Shown here: piece by piece, positions 30,377-39,523 of the stretch
How positions within the stretch are numbered: the first letter of the stretch is position 1
Layout: each line of letters opens with the position of its first letter
DNA from: a virus
Taxonomy: Duplodnaviria; Caudoviricetes
Length of the DNA: 53,292 nucleotides
IMG/VR virus record: IMGVR_UViG_3300020442_000769
Span: 1-53,292 of that record
Strand: one strand, 5' to 3'
Translations under genes and position numbers: made by a program
The notes under the pieces: generated by a model
The model's database searches: none
What the model saw: the letters and a program-made list of their open reading frames with translations, nothing else
Told to the model about the DNA's origin: nothing

Positions 30377-31100
30377 AAAGAAAAAGATAAAACTAGAAGT
30401 TTTTACAAATCAGCAGTATGCTTTTGATCAATTCCAACCTATGTTGGCTAAAAAGTTTATTCCTGATTGGTGGAAAAAATTACCTGCAAGTAGAACTGAC
30501 GCAGGGTTATTTACAGAAGGTAATAATACTATTCCTGTAAGCAGTATGAAACAATGTCCTGCTATAAACGAAATATTAAAAACAGGAGTAATATTTCCAA
30601 GTTGGTGTGAACTACATTTTAAAGTAGGCGAGTTTGGAGAAATAGAACAAAGAGTTTTTCCAGAACATACTGCACTAATACCACATGATGCACAAGATTG
30701 GTTGTTCCATAAACCAGAATATTCACACGTAAAGGTTGGGTCTCCTTGGTTAATTAGAGAAACATCAGGTGTGGATTTTATGTGGATAAAACCCGATTGG
30801 CATACAACCGATCCGTTAGCATACTGGGGTGTGCCTGGAATAGTAGAGTACAAATATCAACACGCAGTCTTAAACAACATAATGGTAAAGAATGGATCCG
30901 AAATCAAAATTAATGCAGGTGATCCTTGGTTACAACTTATACCATTAAGTGATGCAGAAATTGAAATAGACTGCCAGGTTGTCTCAAGTGAAGAAATGAG
31001 TCGATTAAATACAACGAACATTTCAGCAGTAGGAAGTTACATGAAGACAATCAAAAATATCAAAAAGCAAAAGGAAAGACTAGATGGAAAAAACAATTAG
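30360..31100 (+). CDS. DUF6065-like protein
   Basis: A.KF.PDWWK...MKQCPA...G.I.P.WCE...PW...PG.V...G.P..Q.IP; paralog of 37551..38312. Confidence 0.55.
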   Translation: MVHWFKKKKIKLEVFTNQQYAFDQFQPMLAKKFIPDWWKKLPASRTDAGLFTEGNNTIPVSSMKQCPAINEILKTGVIFPSWCELHFKVGEFGEIEQRVFPEHTALIPHDAQDWLFHKPEYSHVKVGSPWLIRETSGVDFMWIKPDWHTTDPLAYWGVPGIVEYKYQHAVLNNIMVKNGSEIKINAGDPWLQLIPLSDAEIEIDCQVVSSEEMSRLNTTNISAVGSYMKTIKNIKKQKERLDGKNN

Positions 31101-31653
31101 TGAAGAATACGTTCAGCAGTTATCACAACTGCATGATGAGAAAGCATCATTTGGTGATGCTAAAGGATTAAAAGCAATCGAAAAATGGATTCAAGAATTT
31201 AAACCTCAATCAATTATAGACTATGGTTGCGGTAAAGGTGGCGTTGTTCTTGCACTAAAAGAAAATTATTCTTCTATTGATACAATTGGTTATGATCCAG
31301 GTATGGTAGACTTTAAAGTAAAACCTACGAAAAAATTTGATATGCTTATTAGTACTGATGTGTTAGAACATATTGAACCTGTGTTTTTAGATGCTGTCTT
31401 AAAAGAAATGAACCAGTACTTTACAAAAAATGCTTTCCTTATTATTGCTACAAGTCCTGCTAAAAAGTTTTTACCAGACGGACGTAATGCACACTTGATT
31501 GTTGAAACGCCAGGTTGGTGGAAACACAAATTAGAAACACTTATGCCAGATTGCATTATACATTGGCACGAGTTTGTTGAGAAAACACGCACAGATAAAA
31601 AAGGAAATGTTAAACCTAACAACAAGTACATTGTTGTATTAAGGAAAAAATAA
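31084..31653 (+). CDS. Class I SAM-dependent methyltransferase
   Basis: IIDYGCGKG, GYDP, FD...STDVLEHIEP, DGRNAH. Confidence 0.88.
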   Translation: MEKTISEEYVQQLSQLHDEKASFGDAKGLKAIEKWIQEFKPQSIIDYGCGKGGVVLALKENYSSIDTIGYDPGMVDFKVKPTKKFDMLISTDVLEHIEPVFLDAVLKEMNQYFTKNAFLIIATSPAKKFLPDGRNAHLIVETPGWWKHKLETLMPDCIIHWHEFVEKTRTDKKGNVKPNNKYIVVLRKK

Positions 31654-32372
31654 TGAGTTTTACTAACTTAATTACAACTGCTATTGACTCAGTTGCTGAC
31701 GAAATATTAAGTCAGCCTAATCCAAGTGTTTGTGAATTAGGAAACCAAAGATTAAAAAATAATAAATCACGTGCAAAATTATTTCAAAGAAAAAATATTA
31801 CTACAAGTTGTTCAACTACAAAAGAATTTTTCTTAGCATTAGGATTCAAAAGATATCTAGCAATAGATGTTAATACTGAAATGGATGCAGTTGCTATGGA
31901 CCTTAATATGGACATAGTTTCACATTATAACTTTACAGAAAAATTTAATCTAGTTACAAATAACGGTACTGGCGAACACGTTTTTAATCAACTTGCAGTA
32001 TTTAAAAACACACACGATATTACTAAAACAGGTGGATTTATGATCCATGTGTTACCTTTTTATAGATGGGTAGATCATGGCTTTTATAACTTTCACCCTA
32101 ACTTATTTTTCTGTCTAGCACATCAAAACAATTACAATATGCGTGGCGTATGGATTGGTACAAGTGATGGTGCTCATGTTGAAAAACTAGGAACAAAACT
32201 TAATAGAGATAAAGGTTACCGAGGCAAATTCAATTTGGATTCTTGGGAAAGAGACCCAATGGTTGTCGCTATAATGCAGAAAGTAGATCACAAAGAATTC
32301 GAAATGCCTCAACAACATCTGTACTCAGGCGACAACATAACAAGTAGTGAGATAAGTGAAAGGTACAAATGA
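31653..32372 (+). CDS. SAM-dependent methyltransferase-like
   Basis: VCELGNQ, AIDVN, DLN, VTNNGTGEHVFN, GG.MIH.LP, HGFYN. Confidence 0.75.
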   Translation: MSFTNLITTAIDSVADEILSQPNPSVCELGNQRLKNNKSRAKLFQRKNITTSCSTTKEFFLALGFKRYLAIDVNTEMDAVAMDLNMDIVSHYNFTEKFNLVTNNGTGEHVFNQLAVFKNTHDITKTGGFMIHVLPFYRWVDHGFYNFHPNLFFCLAHQNNYNMRGVWIGTSDGAHVEKLGTKLNRDKGYRGKFNLDSWERDPMVVAIMQKVDHKEFEMPQQHLYSGDNITSSEISERYK

Positions 32373-33145
32373 ACCAATACTCCGTATTGCAAAACTTTAC
32401 GCCAGAGTGCTTAAAGTTAGATCCGTTTCCTTACATACATATTCCACAGGTGTTACCGTGGCCGTTGTATGAAAAACTAGAAGCGGAATATCCAGAACAA
32501 CACGTAACAGGTGGTACTGATAAAGGCTTTGGTACTGCTAGATATAGACAACATGAATTTGATTATGTAAATGTTGTCAGTGATACTTGGCGTGAGTTTA
32601 TTGCTTACAATACAAGTAGAGAATTCAAAGACGAACTAATAAGAGCATTTAGAACAGCCATTGTTGAACATTACAATACTAACAAAGGTTGGAAAGAAGA
32701 CCTTTATACAAAATATACAAGAGCAGATGTAAGTCCAAGAATGGAACCTAAGAAAGGTTCAATTAGAATGGAAATGCAATTTGTTTGTAACGCAATAGAT
32801 AATATTCAAATTAGAACACCGCACGTAGATCAATCAAAAGAATTATTTGCTTGTTTATTTTATTTTAAAAAACCAGAAGACGAAGGTACAGATGGTGGAT
32901 TAAATGTTTATAGAAATACAGCAGGTAAACAATGGCGTAGAGTAACAGGACGAGAAGCAGTAGCAGAAGATATTAATGCAGTGGATCATATTCCTTATGC
33001 AAGAAACACAATGGCTTGTTTTCTTAATACTGTGAATAGTTTACATGGCGTGACCCCTAGAGCAAATCCAAAAACTATTCGTAGGTATATTAACATTGAT
33101 GGTCACGTAGAGGAGAAACTGTTTAGGTTTATTGATGATGAGTAG
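32369..33145 (+). CDS. 2OG-Fe(II) oxygenase
   Basis: PFPYI, PHVD (HxD), GGL, SLHGV..R, RRYINI. Confidence 0.8.
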   Translation: MNQYSVLQNFTPECLKLDPFPYIHIPQVLPWPLYEKLEAEYPEQHVTGGTDKGFGTARYRQHEFDYVNVVSDTWREFIAYNTSREFKDELIRAFRTAIVEHYNTNKGWKEDLYTKYTRADVSPRMEPKKGSIRMEMQFVCNAIDNIQIRTPHVDQSKELFACLFYFKKPEDEGTDGGLNVYRNTAGKQWRRVTGREAVAEDINAVDHIPYARNTMACFLNTVNSLHGVTPRANPKTIRRYINIDGHVEEKLFRFIDDE

Positions 33146-33290
33146 TAGTTTAACTGCCAGTGAATGGACAATGCTTGGTGTTTTAGAAAACACAACCATT
33201 TTAGATGAGGAAGAAAAACAAATGCCCGTTGAAGAATGGATAGAATATAAAGTTAAACAGTTAAAGGAGAAACAAAATGAAAGCAGGTAA
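33138..33290 (+). CDS. Small hypothetical protein (50 aa)
   Basis: Hand-found ORF MSSSLTASEWTMLG...KQNESR* that fills the gap and overlaps both neighbours. Confidence 0.5.
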   Translation: MSSSLTASEWTMLGVLENTTILDEEEKQMPVEEWIEYKVKQLKEKQNESR

Positions 33291-33627
33291 GATATGGGGA
33301 CAAACAGAACTCATTCATGCCAATGGAGTTCTAGAGTTTCACAGAATAGAATTTAAAAAAGGTTTTAAGTGTTCAGAACACGAACACAGATATAAATGGA
33401 ACGGATTCTTTGTTGAATCGGGCAAGATGCTTGTCCGTGTTTGGCAAGATGACCAAGGATTGGTCGACGAAACAATTCTTGGACCTGGAGACTTTACACA
33501 GGTAAAACCTGGTAAGGTACATCAGTTTGAAGGCATTGAAGATGGAGTTGCCTTTGAGTTGTACTGGGCGGAGTTTAATCATGATGACATAGTTAGACGC
33601 ACGTCTGGTACTAAAGTAGAGAAATAA
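33277..33627 (+). CDS. Cupin-fold sugar isomerase-like protein
   Basis: KIWG, CSEHEH..KWNGFFVESG, PG.VHQF, DDIVR; AAGGAG SD. Confidence 0.8.
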   Translation: MKAGKIWGQTELIHANGVLEFHRIEFKKGFKCSEHEHRYKWNGFFVESGKMLVRVWQDDQGLVDETILGPGDFTQVKPGKVHQFEGIEDGVAFELYWAEFNHDDIVRRTSGTKVEK

Positions 33628-33643
33628 ACAAAGGAGGAACAGT

Positions 33644-34954
33644 ATGTTCAAATCACTTTCAGAAAGTGTTGGTAACTTTTTTAGTTTACCTAAAGGCAGT
33701 TCAGTCAGAACAGAAGTTATGGCAGGATTGGCTACCTTTCTAACAATGGCATATATCACGGTAGTAAACCCTGCTATATTGTCAACTGAAGGTACCGGTA
33801 TGGAGTTCGGTGCCGTATTTACTGCAACCATTATTGCGGCAGTAGTAGGTACATTAATAATGGGACTTTGGGCCAAATGGCCTGTAGCACTAGCACCAGG
33901 AATGGGACTAAATGCCTTTTTTGCATTTGGTGTTGTCTTTGGTATGGGTTACACTTACCAACAGGCACTAGCGGCTGTGTTTATCGCAGGTATTGTGTTT
34001 ATTGGTTTAAGTATAACACCGGCTAGAAAATATATCATCAACAGTATTCCTAAGTCAATGAAATTAGGTGTAGGAGCAGGTATTGGTTTGTTCCTTGCTA
34101 TCATTGGTTTAAAGAATGCAGGTGTTGTTGTAGATAATCCGGCAACTTTAGTTGGCTTAGGTGACATTAGTAGTTGGCCAGTTTTATTAGCAGGACTTGG
34201 TTTTGCTATTATGGCGATTGCTGACAAACGTGGTATCCCAGGTGCAATTATTATTGGTATTCTAGCAACAAGTATTATTGCTTGGATTTTTGGAGTTTCA
34301 GAAATCGGCGGTGTAGTTGGTAGTATTCCTAACCCAAGTCATGCATTTAGTATGGACTTCAGTTTGATTGCGACAGCAGGTTTCATTGGAACTGCATTTG
34401 CATTCTTATTTGTTGACTTCTTTGATACTGCTGGAACACTAACAAGTGTTGCTAACTTAACAGGAAAAGTAAACAAGAAAGGCGAAGTCGAAGGTATCGA
34501 TAGAGCATTGTTGGCTGACTCTGTAGCAACATCAGTTGGAGCATTAGCAGGTACTAGTAACACAACTTCATACATTGAAAGTGGTGCTGGTATTAAAGAA
34601 GGTGGTAAGACAGGACTAACGGCAGTAACAGTTGCCGTATTGTTTGCACTATGTTTATTCTTTGCACCATTGGCGCAGAGCATTCCTGCATTTGCAACGG
34701 CTCCTGCACTTGTATTCATTGCAACATATTTCTTACGTAATCTAAAAGATATCGAATGGGATGATGTGAGTGAATACGCACCGGCAGTACTAGCGGCAAT
34801 CATTATGCCGTTGACTTTTAGTATTGCATACGGTATTGCACTTGGCTTTATTGCACACGTTGTAATTAAAGCAGTAAGTGGTAAACACGCAGATTTAAAT
34901 GGCGGTTCATTAGCAATCGCGGCTGTTAGTGTTTTATACTTTGCAGTAGCATAA
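33644..34954 (+). CDS. NCS2/AzgA-family purine (adenine/guanine/hypoxanthine) permease
   Basis: RTEV.AG..TFLTMAYI..VNP.IL, APGMGLNAFF, FFDTAGTL, TSYIES.AG...GG.TGLTA, MPLTFSIAYGI; multi-pass membrane protein. Confidence 0.95.
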   Translation: MFKSLSESVGNFFSLPKGSSVRTEVMAGLATFLTMAYITVVNPAILSTEGTGMEFGAVFTATIIAAVVGTLIMGLWAKWPVALAPGMGLNAFFAFGVVFGMGYTYQQALAAVFIAGIVFIGLSITPARKYIINSIPKSMKLGVGAGIGLFLAIIGLKNAGVVVDNPATLVGLGDISSWPVLLAGLGFAIMAIADKRGIPGAIIIGILATSIIAWIFGVSEIGGVVGSIPNPSHAFSMDFSLIATAGFIGTAFAFLFVDFFDTAGTLTSVANLTGKVNKKGEVEGIDRALLADSVATSVGALAGTSNTTSYIESGAGIKEGGKTGLTAVTVAVLFALCLFFAPLAQSIPAFATAPALVFIATYFLRNLKDIEWDDVSEYAPAVLAAIIMPLTFSIAYGIALGFIAHVVIKAVSGKHADLNGGSLAIAAVSVLYFAVA

Positions 34955-34963
34955 TATTAACCT

Positions 34964-34987
34964 ACAAAGGCCCTACGGGGCCTTTGT
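34964..34987 (+). terminator. Terminator hairpin
   Basis: ACAAAGGCCC-TACG-GGGCCTTTGT. Confidence 0.75.
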
Positions 34988-35006
34988 TAACCTTATAGGA
35001 GATCCA

Positions 35007-35237
35007 ATGGGTAACCTAATATACGAAAGGGTTGAAGATACAGTATTTGCTAGAGACCCTGACAAACCAGAAGTTCCAAGATGGATAATTTCTGGTCCTG
35101 CACAAAAAGGATTATTTGAAGATTTTAACAATTGGCAGGATATGATGGATGCAAGTAAAAAGTATCCAACAATTAAAAAACAACTTGACAAATTAGAGAT
35201 TTTGTGGTACACTATAAAAGATGAACAAGACACGTAA
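35007..35237 (+). CDS. Hypothetical protein
   Basis: AGGAG SD. Confidence 0.65.
   Translation: MGNLIYERVEDTVFARDPDKPEVPRWIISGPAQKGLFEDFNNWQDMMDASKKYPTIKKQLDKLEILWYTIKDEQDT
35185..35213 (+). promoter_or_regulatory. sigma70-type promoter (extended -10)
   Basis: TTGACA-N17-TACACT with TGn; 7 nt before ATG 35221. Confidence 0.55.
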
Positions 35238-35688
35238 ACTTCCGCTAAATGAAATTTTTATGGCAATGGATTGTAATGTTAAATCCGCCTATAAAGATTG
35301 GACTGACGAAGAACGAAAAGAATTAAACTTTTGGTTACTGAATCGTTATGCTAGTTCTGTTGCAGGAAATAGAGATGCTCAAGAATGGGCCGTTGTTGCA
35401 ACAAATGAATATTACAATAAGAACTGGAACGTACTAGGAACCAGACACCCGCAACTGCAATGGCAGTTATTGTGTGCTACACACAACGCACAGGCACAAC
35501 CACGTAGACACGTATGGATGGGTTTGAAGCAAAAAGGATCTGATAACAAAACTATGAAATGGTTATTAGATCAATTTCCAAATATGAAAAAAGACGAGGT
35601 AGAACTACTTGCTACAATATCTACAAAAAAAGAATTACAAGAATATGCAACCGATCTTGGACTTGAGAAGAAAGATGTCAAACTCTGA
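35221..35688 (+). CDS. Clamp-loader small subunit-like (gp62-like)
   Basis: FWLLNRYAS...N......HPQLQW.LL...WM..K pattern resembling the gp62 family. Confidence 0.5.
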   Translation: MNKTRKLPLNEIFMAMDCNVKSAYKDWTDEERKELNFWLLNRYASSVAGNRDAQEWAVVATNEYYNKNWNVLGTRHPQLQWQLLCATHNAQAQPRRHVWMGLKQKGSDNKTMKWLLDQFPNMKKDEVELLATISTKKELQEYATDLGLEKKDVKL

Positions 35689-36364
35689 TAAACCATTTGT
35701 ATGTCCTTATTGCGGTGTTGGATACACTAGAGAGAAAACTCTCATTGCTCATATGTGTGAGCCTAAACGTAGACACTTGCAAAAAGATGAGAAACGTGTA
35801 CAACTTGGCTATCTAACATTTAATAGATTTTATAAACTATGCCAAAAGGCAACAGAAAACAAAACGTATGAACAGTTTTGTAAAAGTCCTTACTACAATG
35901 CATTTGTAAAATTTGGATCGTTTGTAAACAATGTAAGACCTTTATATCCTGAAAAATATATTGACTATGTTGTTACAAGCGGAGTAAAACTAGATCATTG
36001 GTGCAGAGAAGAAATGTATGAACGTTATGCACTAGATCTAATATTAAAAGAAGACGTTACTACTGCACTAGAACGTAGCATTAAAACTATGATGGACTGG
36101 GCAGATGAAAATGAATCACAGTGGCAACACTATTTCTTGTATGCAAGTTTGAATAGAGTAACACAACATATAAGAGATGGAAAGATTAGTCCATGGTTAC
36201 TTTTAAACTGCAAGTCAGGTAGAGAAATGTTAAGTAAAATGAATGACGAGCAGTTGCAAATAATTAGTAATGTTATGAATCCAAATCATTGGCACATTAG
36301 ATTCAAACGTCATGTAGCAGATGTAGAACTAGTAAAAGAAATAGTAAAAGAAAGTAACTTATGA
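35675..36364 (+). CDS. Hypothetical protein with N-terminal C2HC Zn finger
   Basis: FVCPYCG..Y..E..L..HMCE. Confidence 0.65.
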   Translation: MSNSDKPFVCPYCGVGYTREKTLIAHMCEPKRRHLQKDEKRVQLGYLTFNRFYKLCQKATENKTYEQFCKSPYYNAFVKFGSFVNNVRPLYPEKYIDYVVTSGVKLDHWCREEMYERYALDLILKEDVTTALERSIKTMMDWADENESQWQHYFLYASLNRVTQHIRDGKISPWLLLNCKSGREMLSKMNDEQLQIISNVMNPNHWHIRFKRHVADVELVKEIVKESNL

Positions 36365-36660
36365 GCGATATACAAATAGTGAGTAATCATATGGGACCAG
36401 AAGGCGAAAGCATAGATAGAATATATGGATCGCCTGCAAGTGGTGGTAGCATGAGATTGATCAATAAAGATTATTCACAATACAAAGGCAAAATAACAAA
36501 ACGATCACTTACCAAAAAAGATTTAAATGGTAATAATTTTAGAAGTCATTGTTATGTAACTGATGACAACAGATGGTTCGATCGAGCAGGAATGCCAATC
36601 CAAAAACCAAATAGTATAGTAGAAGAAACAGTTGACAATTCTACAGAAAGTGTGTTATAA
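36361..36660 (+). CDS. Hypothetical protein
   Basis: ATGA-coupled ORF. Confidence 0.6.
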   Translation: MSDIQIVSNHMGPEGESIDRIYGSPASGGSMRLINKDYSQYKGKITKRSLTKKDLNGNNFRSHCYVTDDNRWFDRAGMPIQKPNSIVEETVDNSTESVL

Positions 36661-36661
36661 T
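36632..36661 (+). promoter_or_regulatory. sigma70-type promoter
   Basis: TTGACA-N18-TATAAT, 5 nt before ATG 36667. Confidence 0.65.
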
Positions 36662-36666
36662 AGTTT

Positions 36667-36867
36667 ATGAAATTAAATCCAAAATATGTATTTTTCTTTG
36701 CAACACTGACAATAGGGTTGCTAGTAAGTTTAAGTGCGAATGCTTACTTGTTAAATGAATTATTAGACATAAGAGAAATACTAGATGCACAATATGAAAC
36801 AATCTTTCAAATAATGAAAATGTTAGGTTTTCAATTTGGAGAAGCAGGAATAGGTGATACAATATAA
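36667..36867 (+). CDS. Small membrane protein
   Basis: N-terminal hydrophobic helix. Confidence 0.6.
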   Translation: MKLNPKYVFFFATLTIGLLVSLSANAYLLNELLDIREILDAQYETIFQIMKMLGFQFGEAGIGDTI

Positions 36868-36995
36868 TGAAAAATAAATTTATAGATCCAAAGAATAGTC
36901 ACACAGTAGGAACAAGTTGGTTGAATCTTGGTAACCATGTATTGGTTGCAGGATTTATTGCTTGTATTTTATTTGTAGTGTATGCGAGTTACTAA
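36867..36995 (+). CDS. Small membrane protein (42 aa)
   Basis: Hand-found MKNKFIDPKNSH...LVAGFIACILFVVYASY*, TAATG-coupled at both ends. Confidence 0.65.
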   Translation: MKNKFIDPKNSHTVGTSWLNLGNHVLVAGFIACILFVVYASY

Positions 36996-37561
36996 TGCCT
37001 GATATAGATATAGACTTTGCAGATAGAAGTATAGTATTAGATAAGATTAAACATCGTGTTGCTAAACTAGATACAGAAAAGAAACACAACACAGGAGTCT
37101 ATGTCACAGAAATTCCACACAATCCAGTTGATATGTTATCTACTATTGATTATGAAAAGGCTGAAGATAGAGGATACTTTAAATTAGATTTTTTAAATGT
37201 ATCATTGTACAAAGACATAAAAGATGAAGAACATCTTTTAAGATTGATGAAAAAGGAACCAATGTGGGAACTACTACAACACGAAGAATTTACGGATCAA
37301 CTATTTCATTTAAACGGACATGGGACGGTAGTGAAGAAACTTTGCCCTACTTCCGTGGAACAATTAGCATCAGTCCTTGCTATTATCCGTCCAGCGAAGA
37401 GACATCTCGTAAACAAGACTTGGAACGAGATAGAGAAGCAAGTATGGGTCAAGCCAAGTGATGGTAGTTATTATTTTAAAAAAGCACACGCCGTTGCTTA
37501 TGCTCATGCTATTGTAGTGCAAATGAATTTGTTGTGCGAAGGAGTAACCAATGACAACTGA
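36995..37561 (+). CDS. Minimal DNA polymerase III alpha (DnaE)-like catalytic fragment, 188 aa
   Basis: Starts at MPDIDIDF; KHNTGVY, YFKLDFLN, LAIIRP, FKKAHAVAY. Confidence 0.8.
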   Translation: MPDIDIDFADRSIVLDKIKHRVAKLDTEKKHNTGVYVTEIPHNPVDMLSTIDYEKAEDRGYFKLDFLNVSLYKDIKDEEHLLRLMKKEPMWELLQHEEFTDQLFHLNGHGTVVKKLCPTSVEQLASVLAIIRPAKRHLVNKTWNEIEKQVWVKPSDGSYYFKKAHAVAYAHAIVVQMNLLCEGVTNDN

Positions 37562-38312
37562 AGTAACATTTTTTACACAGTATGAAGAACTAAGAGAGGC
37601 AATGCCTCCTGTACAGGCAAGTAAGTTTTGGCCTGAATGGTTTAAGAAACAAGGTGGAGCAAAGAACTGGGAACGTGGTTCTGAGAAGAATGGTATGGCG
37701 CCAGATGGTAGTCACCAAGATGGTTATCAAACTGTAAAAAGTTGTCCAGCAGTACTAGATGTATTGAACATGGGATATATTATTCCACTGTGGTGTGATT
37801 ACAAAGTTAAAAGAATAGAAAAGAGTCAAGAGTGTCCACAAGGTATTGTATGGCGTATGCCTGCAGGTCCTTTTAATAATATGTTTGGTGCGGCAACACA
37901 CCCACATGAACAAATGGATGCATATCCTTTTCCACCAGATACATTTGAAGGAACATTTAAACTTTTAAACCCTTGGGGTGTAAAAACTCCTAAAGGTTAT
38001 AGTTGTTATGTATGTGCTCCACACTATAACAAACACGGTAACTTAGAAATACTTAACGGTGTTATTGACACAGACATCTATCATGAACTGCACGTAAACA
38101 CTTGGTTCACTGCACCACTGAATGAAGAAATAACTTTGAATATGGGTATGCCCATTGTACAAATTATTCCATTCAAACGTGAGGAATATAAGATGGATAT
38201 TAAAGTTGGTGATCATAGATCAATGCATAACAAGGTAACACAATTTATACATAATGCTATGTTCAAAGCACAACATTATCGTCCTAAATTAAGTCCTAAA
38301 AATTACAAATAA
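37551..38312 (+). CDS. DUF6065-like protein
   Basis: ASKFWPEWFK...TVKSCPA..D.L..GYIIPLWCD...NPW.VKTPKGYS...GVIDTD...G.PIVQIIPFKRE. Confidence 0.65.
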   Translation: MTTEVTFFTQYEELREAMPPVQASKFWPEWFKKQGGAKNWERGSEKNGMAPDGSHQDGYQTVKSCPAVLDVLNMGYIIPLWCDYKVKRIEKSQECPQGIVWRMPAGPFNNMFGAATHPHEQMDAYPFPPDTFEGTFKLLNPWGVKTPKGYSCYVCAPHYNKHGNLEILNGVIDTDIYHELHVNTWFTAPLNEEITLNMGMPIVQIIPFKREEYKMDIKVGDHRSMHNKVTQFIHNAMFKAQHYRPKLSPKNYK

Positions 38313-38684
38313 TTATTTGCTTGGTTTTCTTACGAGTTGAACACTCTTACGTTTGATTCTTTTGATAGTTAAATTACTTAAATTTACTACTGGCCCTGCT
38401 GTCACTTTCACATCTTTTGTATTCATAGTTACTAAACAATGCCTAAATCTAGGAAATTCTTTAGGTAGAAAGATGCTAATAGGAATAGTTCTATTGCTTT
38501 CAAACCACCATGTTTCGCCCATATCTAAGAAGTGCTTACGTTCTGCATCATCGTTTAGCAGACTGTAAACGTACATACTAGTAACGTTATTATCCTGGTT
38601 GTTTATAATACCAACATATTCGTTACCACCGTATTGTACGATGCTTAAATAAGGAAATTTTGTCTCTATATCTTTCAATAACAT
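38313..38684 (-). CDS. Hypothetical protein
   Basis: Fills the gap on the - strand; EYVGII.N, GETWWFESNR.IPI. Confidence 0.7.
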   Translation of the reverse strand: MLLKDIETKFPYLSIVQYGGNEYVGIINNQDNNVTSMYVYSLLNDDAERKHFLDMGETWWFESNRTIPISIFLPKEFPRFRHCLVTMNTKDVKVTAGPVVNLSNLTIKRIKRKSVQLVRKPSK

Positions 38685-38702
38685 TTTTCTAATAAATACT
38701 GT

Positions 38703-39488
38703 ATGCAGTTAAGTTATAGATATTTAGTAAACCAAAAGGCCACTCTCATAGCAGATTTGGCAAACGCAACTACGGAGTATAGACCAGTGTACCAGAGAAA
38801 TTTAAATGTGTACAGGGGGATTGATAACACCCTGACATTCGAAATAAAAAATCAAGATCAGAAACCTGTAAGTATATTAAATGTATACACGCCTAAGTTC
38901 ATGGCATTTGATAGCAAAGGAACTTTAATATTAGAAAAGACAGGAACAATCACAGAAACAACTACACCAAGTAAAGTAGGACAGTTCACTGTAAATATCA
39001 CTGCAAACGATTTACTAAATGTTGATTCACAATTTTTATCTTACAATGTACACTTAACTGATTCTAATAGCAACAATACAATCACATATTCAGGTGCAAG
39101 TTTTGATATGACTGGTACTATCCAAATTACATCTGAAGCATTTCCAGGACCGGCGGCCACTTATAGTATATCTACATTTACTGAATCAGATGTTGATTCA
39201 GGTGTATTCTATAGTGAATCTATTACAGCCGAACCGGCAAAGAATGGCAACGAAGCATTACATACTGCGGCAGTATACGGAACTAACCTTACTGCTGACA
39301 TAACAATACAAGGCACTTTGGATAATCAAGTTACTGGTAACACCTATTGGGGAGACATAGCAACTTTGAATTTGGCTAATCCAACTACACCTGAGTATGT
39401 AAACTTTAATGGTGTATACTCACACCTTAGAGCCAAAATGTCAAACAAAACTTCTGGTACAGTAGATAAAATTTTAGTAAGAAATTAG
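38703..39488 (+). CDS. Virion structural protein (beta-rich, BppU/Ig-like N-terminus)
   Basis: VYRGIDNTLTFEIKNQDQKPV; Thr/Asn-rich; AATAAATA 4 nt upstream. Confidence 0.6.
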   Translation: MQLSYRYLVNQKATLIADLANATTEYRPVYQRNLNVYRGIDNTLTFEIKNQDQKPVSILNVYTPKFMAFDSKGTLILEKTGTITETTTPSKVGQFTVNITANDLLNVDSQFLSYNVHLTDSNSNNTITYSGASFDMTGTIQITSEAFPGPAATYSISTFTESDVDSGVFYSESITAEPAKNGNEALHTAAVYGTNLTADITIQGTLDNQVTGNTYWGDIATLNLANPTTPEYVNFNGVYSHLRAKMSNKTSGTVDKILVRN

Positions 39489-39517
39489 TTGACTTTTAAC
39501 TAGACTTATACTATAAT
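39489..39517 (+). promoter_or_regulatory. sigma70-type promoter of primase
   Basis: TTGACT-N17-TATAAT, 6 nt before the ATG. Confidence 0.7.
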
Positions 39518-39523
39518 AATAGT

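Noticed and set aside
33628-33643. Purine riboswitch upstream of the NCS2 permease
   Set aside because: Only 16 nt of intergenic space, containing just the SD.
36962-36994. Frameshift joining the mini-DnaE to an upstream polymerase part
   Set aside because: The upstream ORFs are short membrane peptides with no DnaE motifs.
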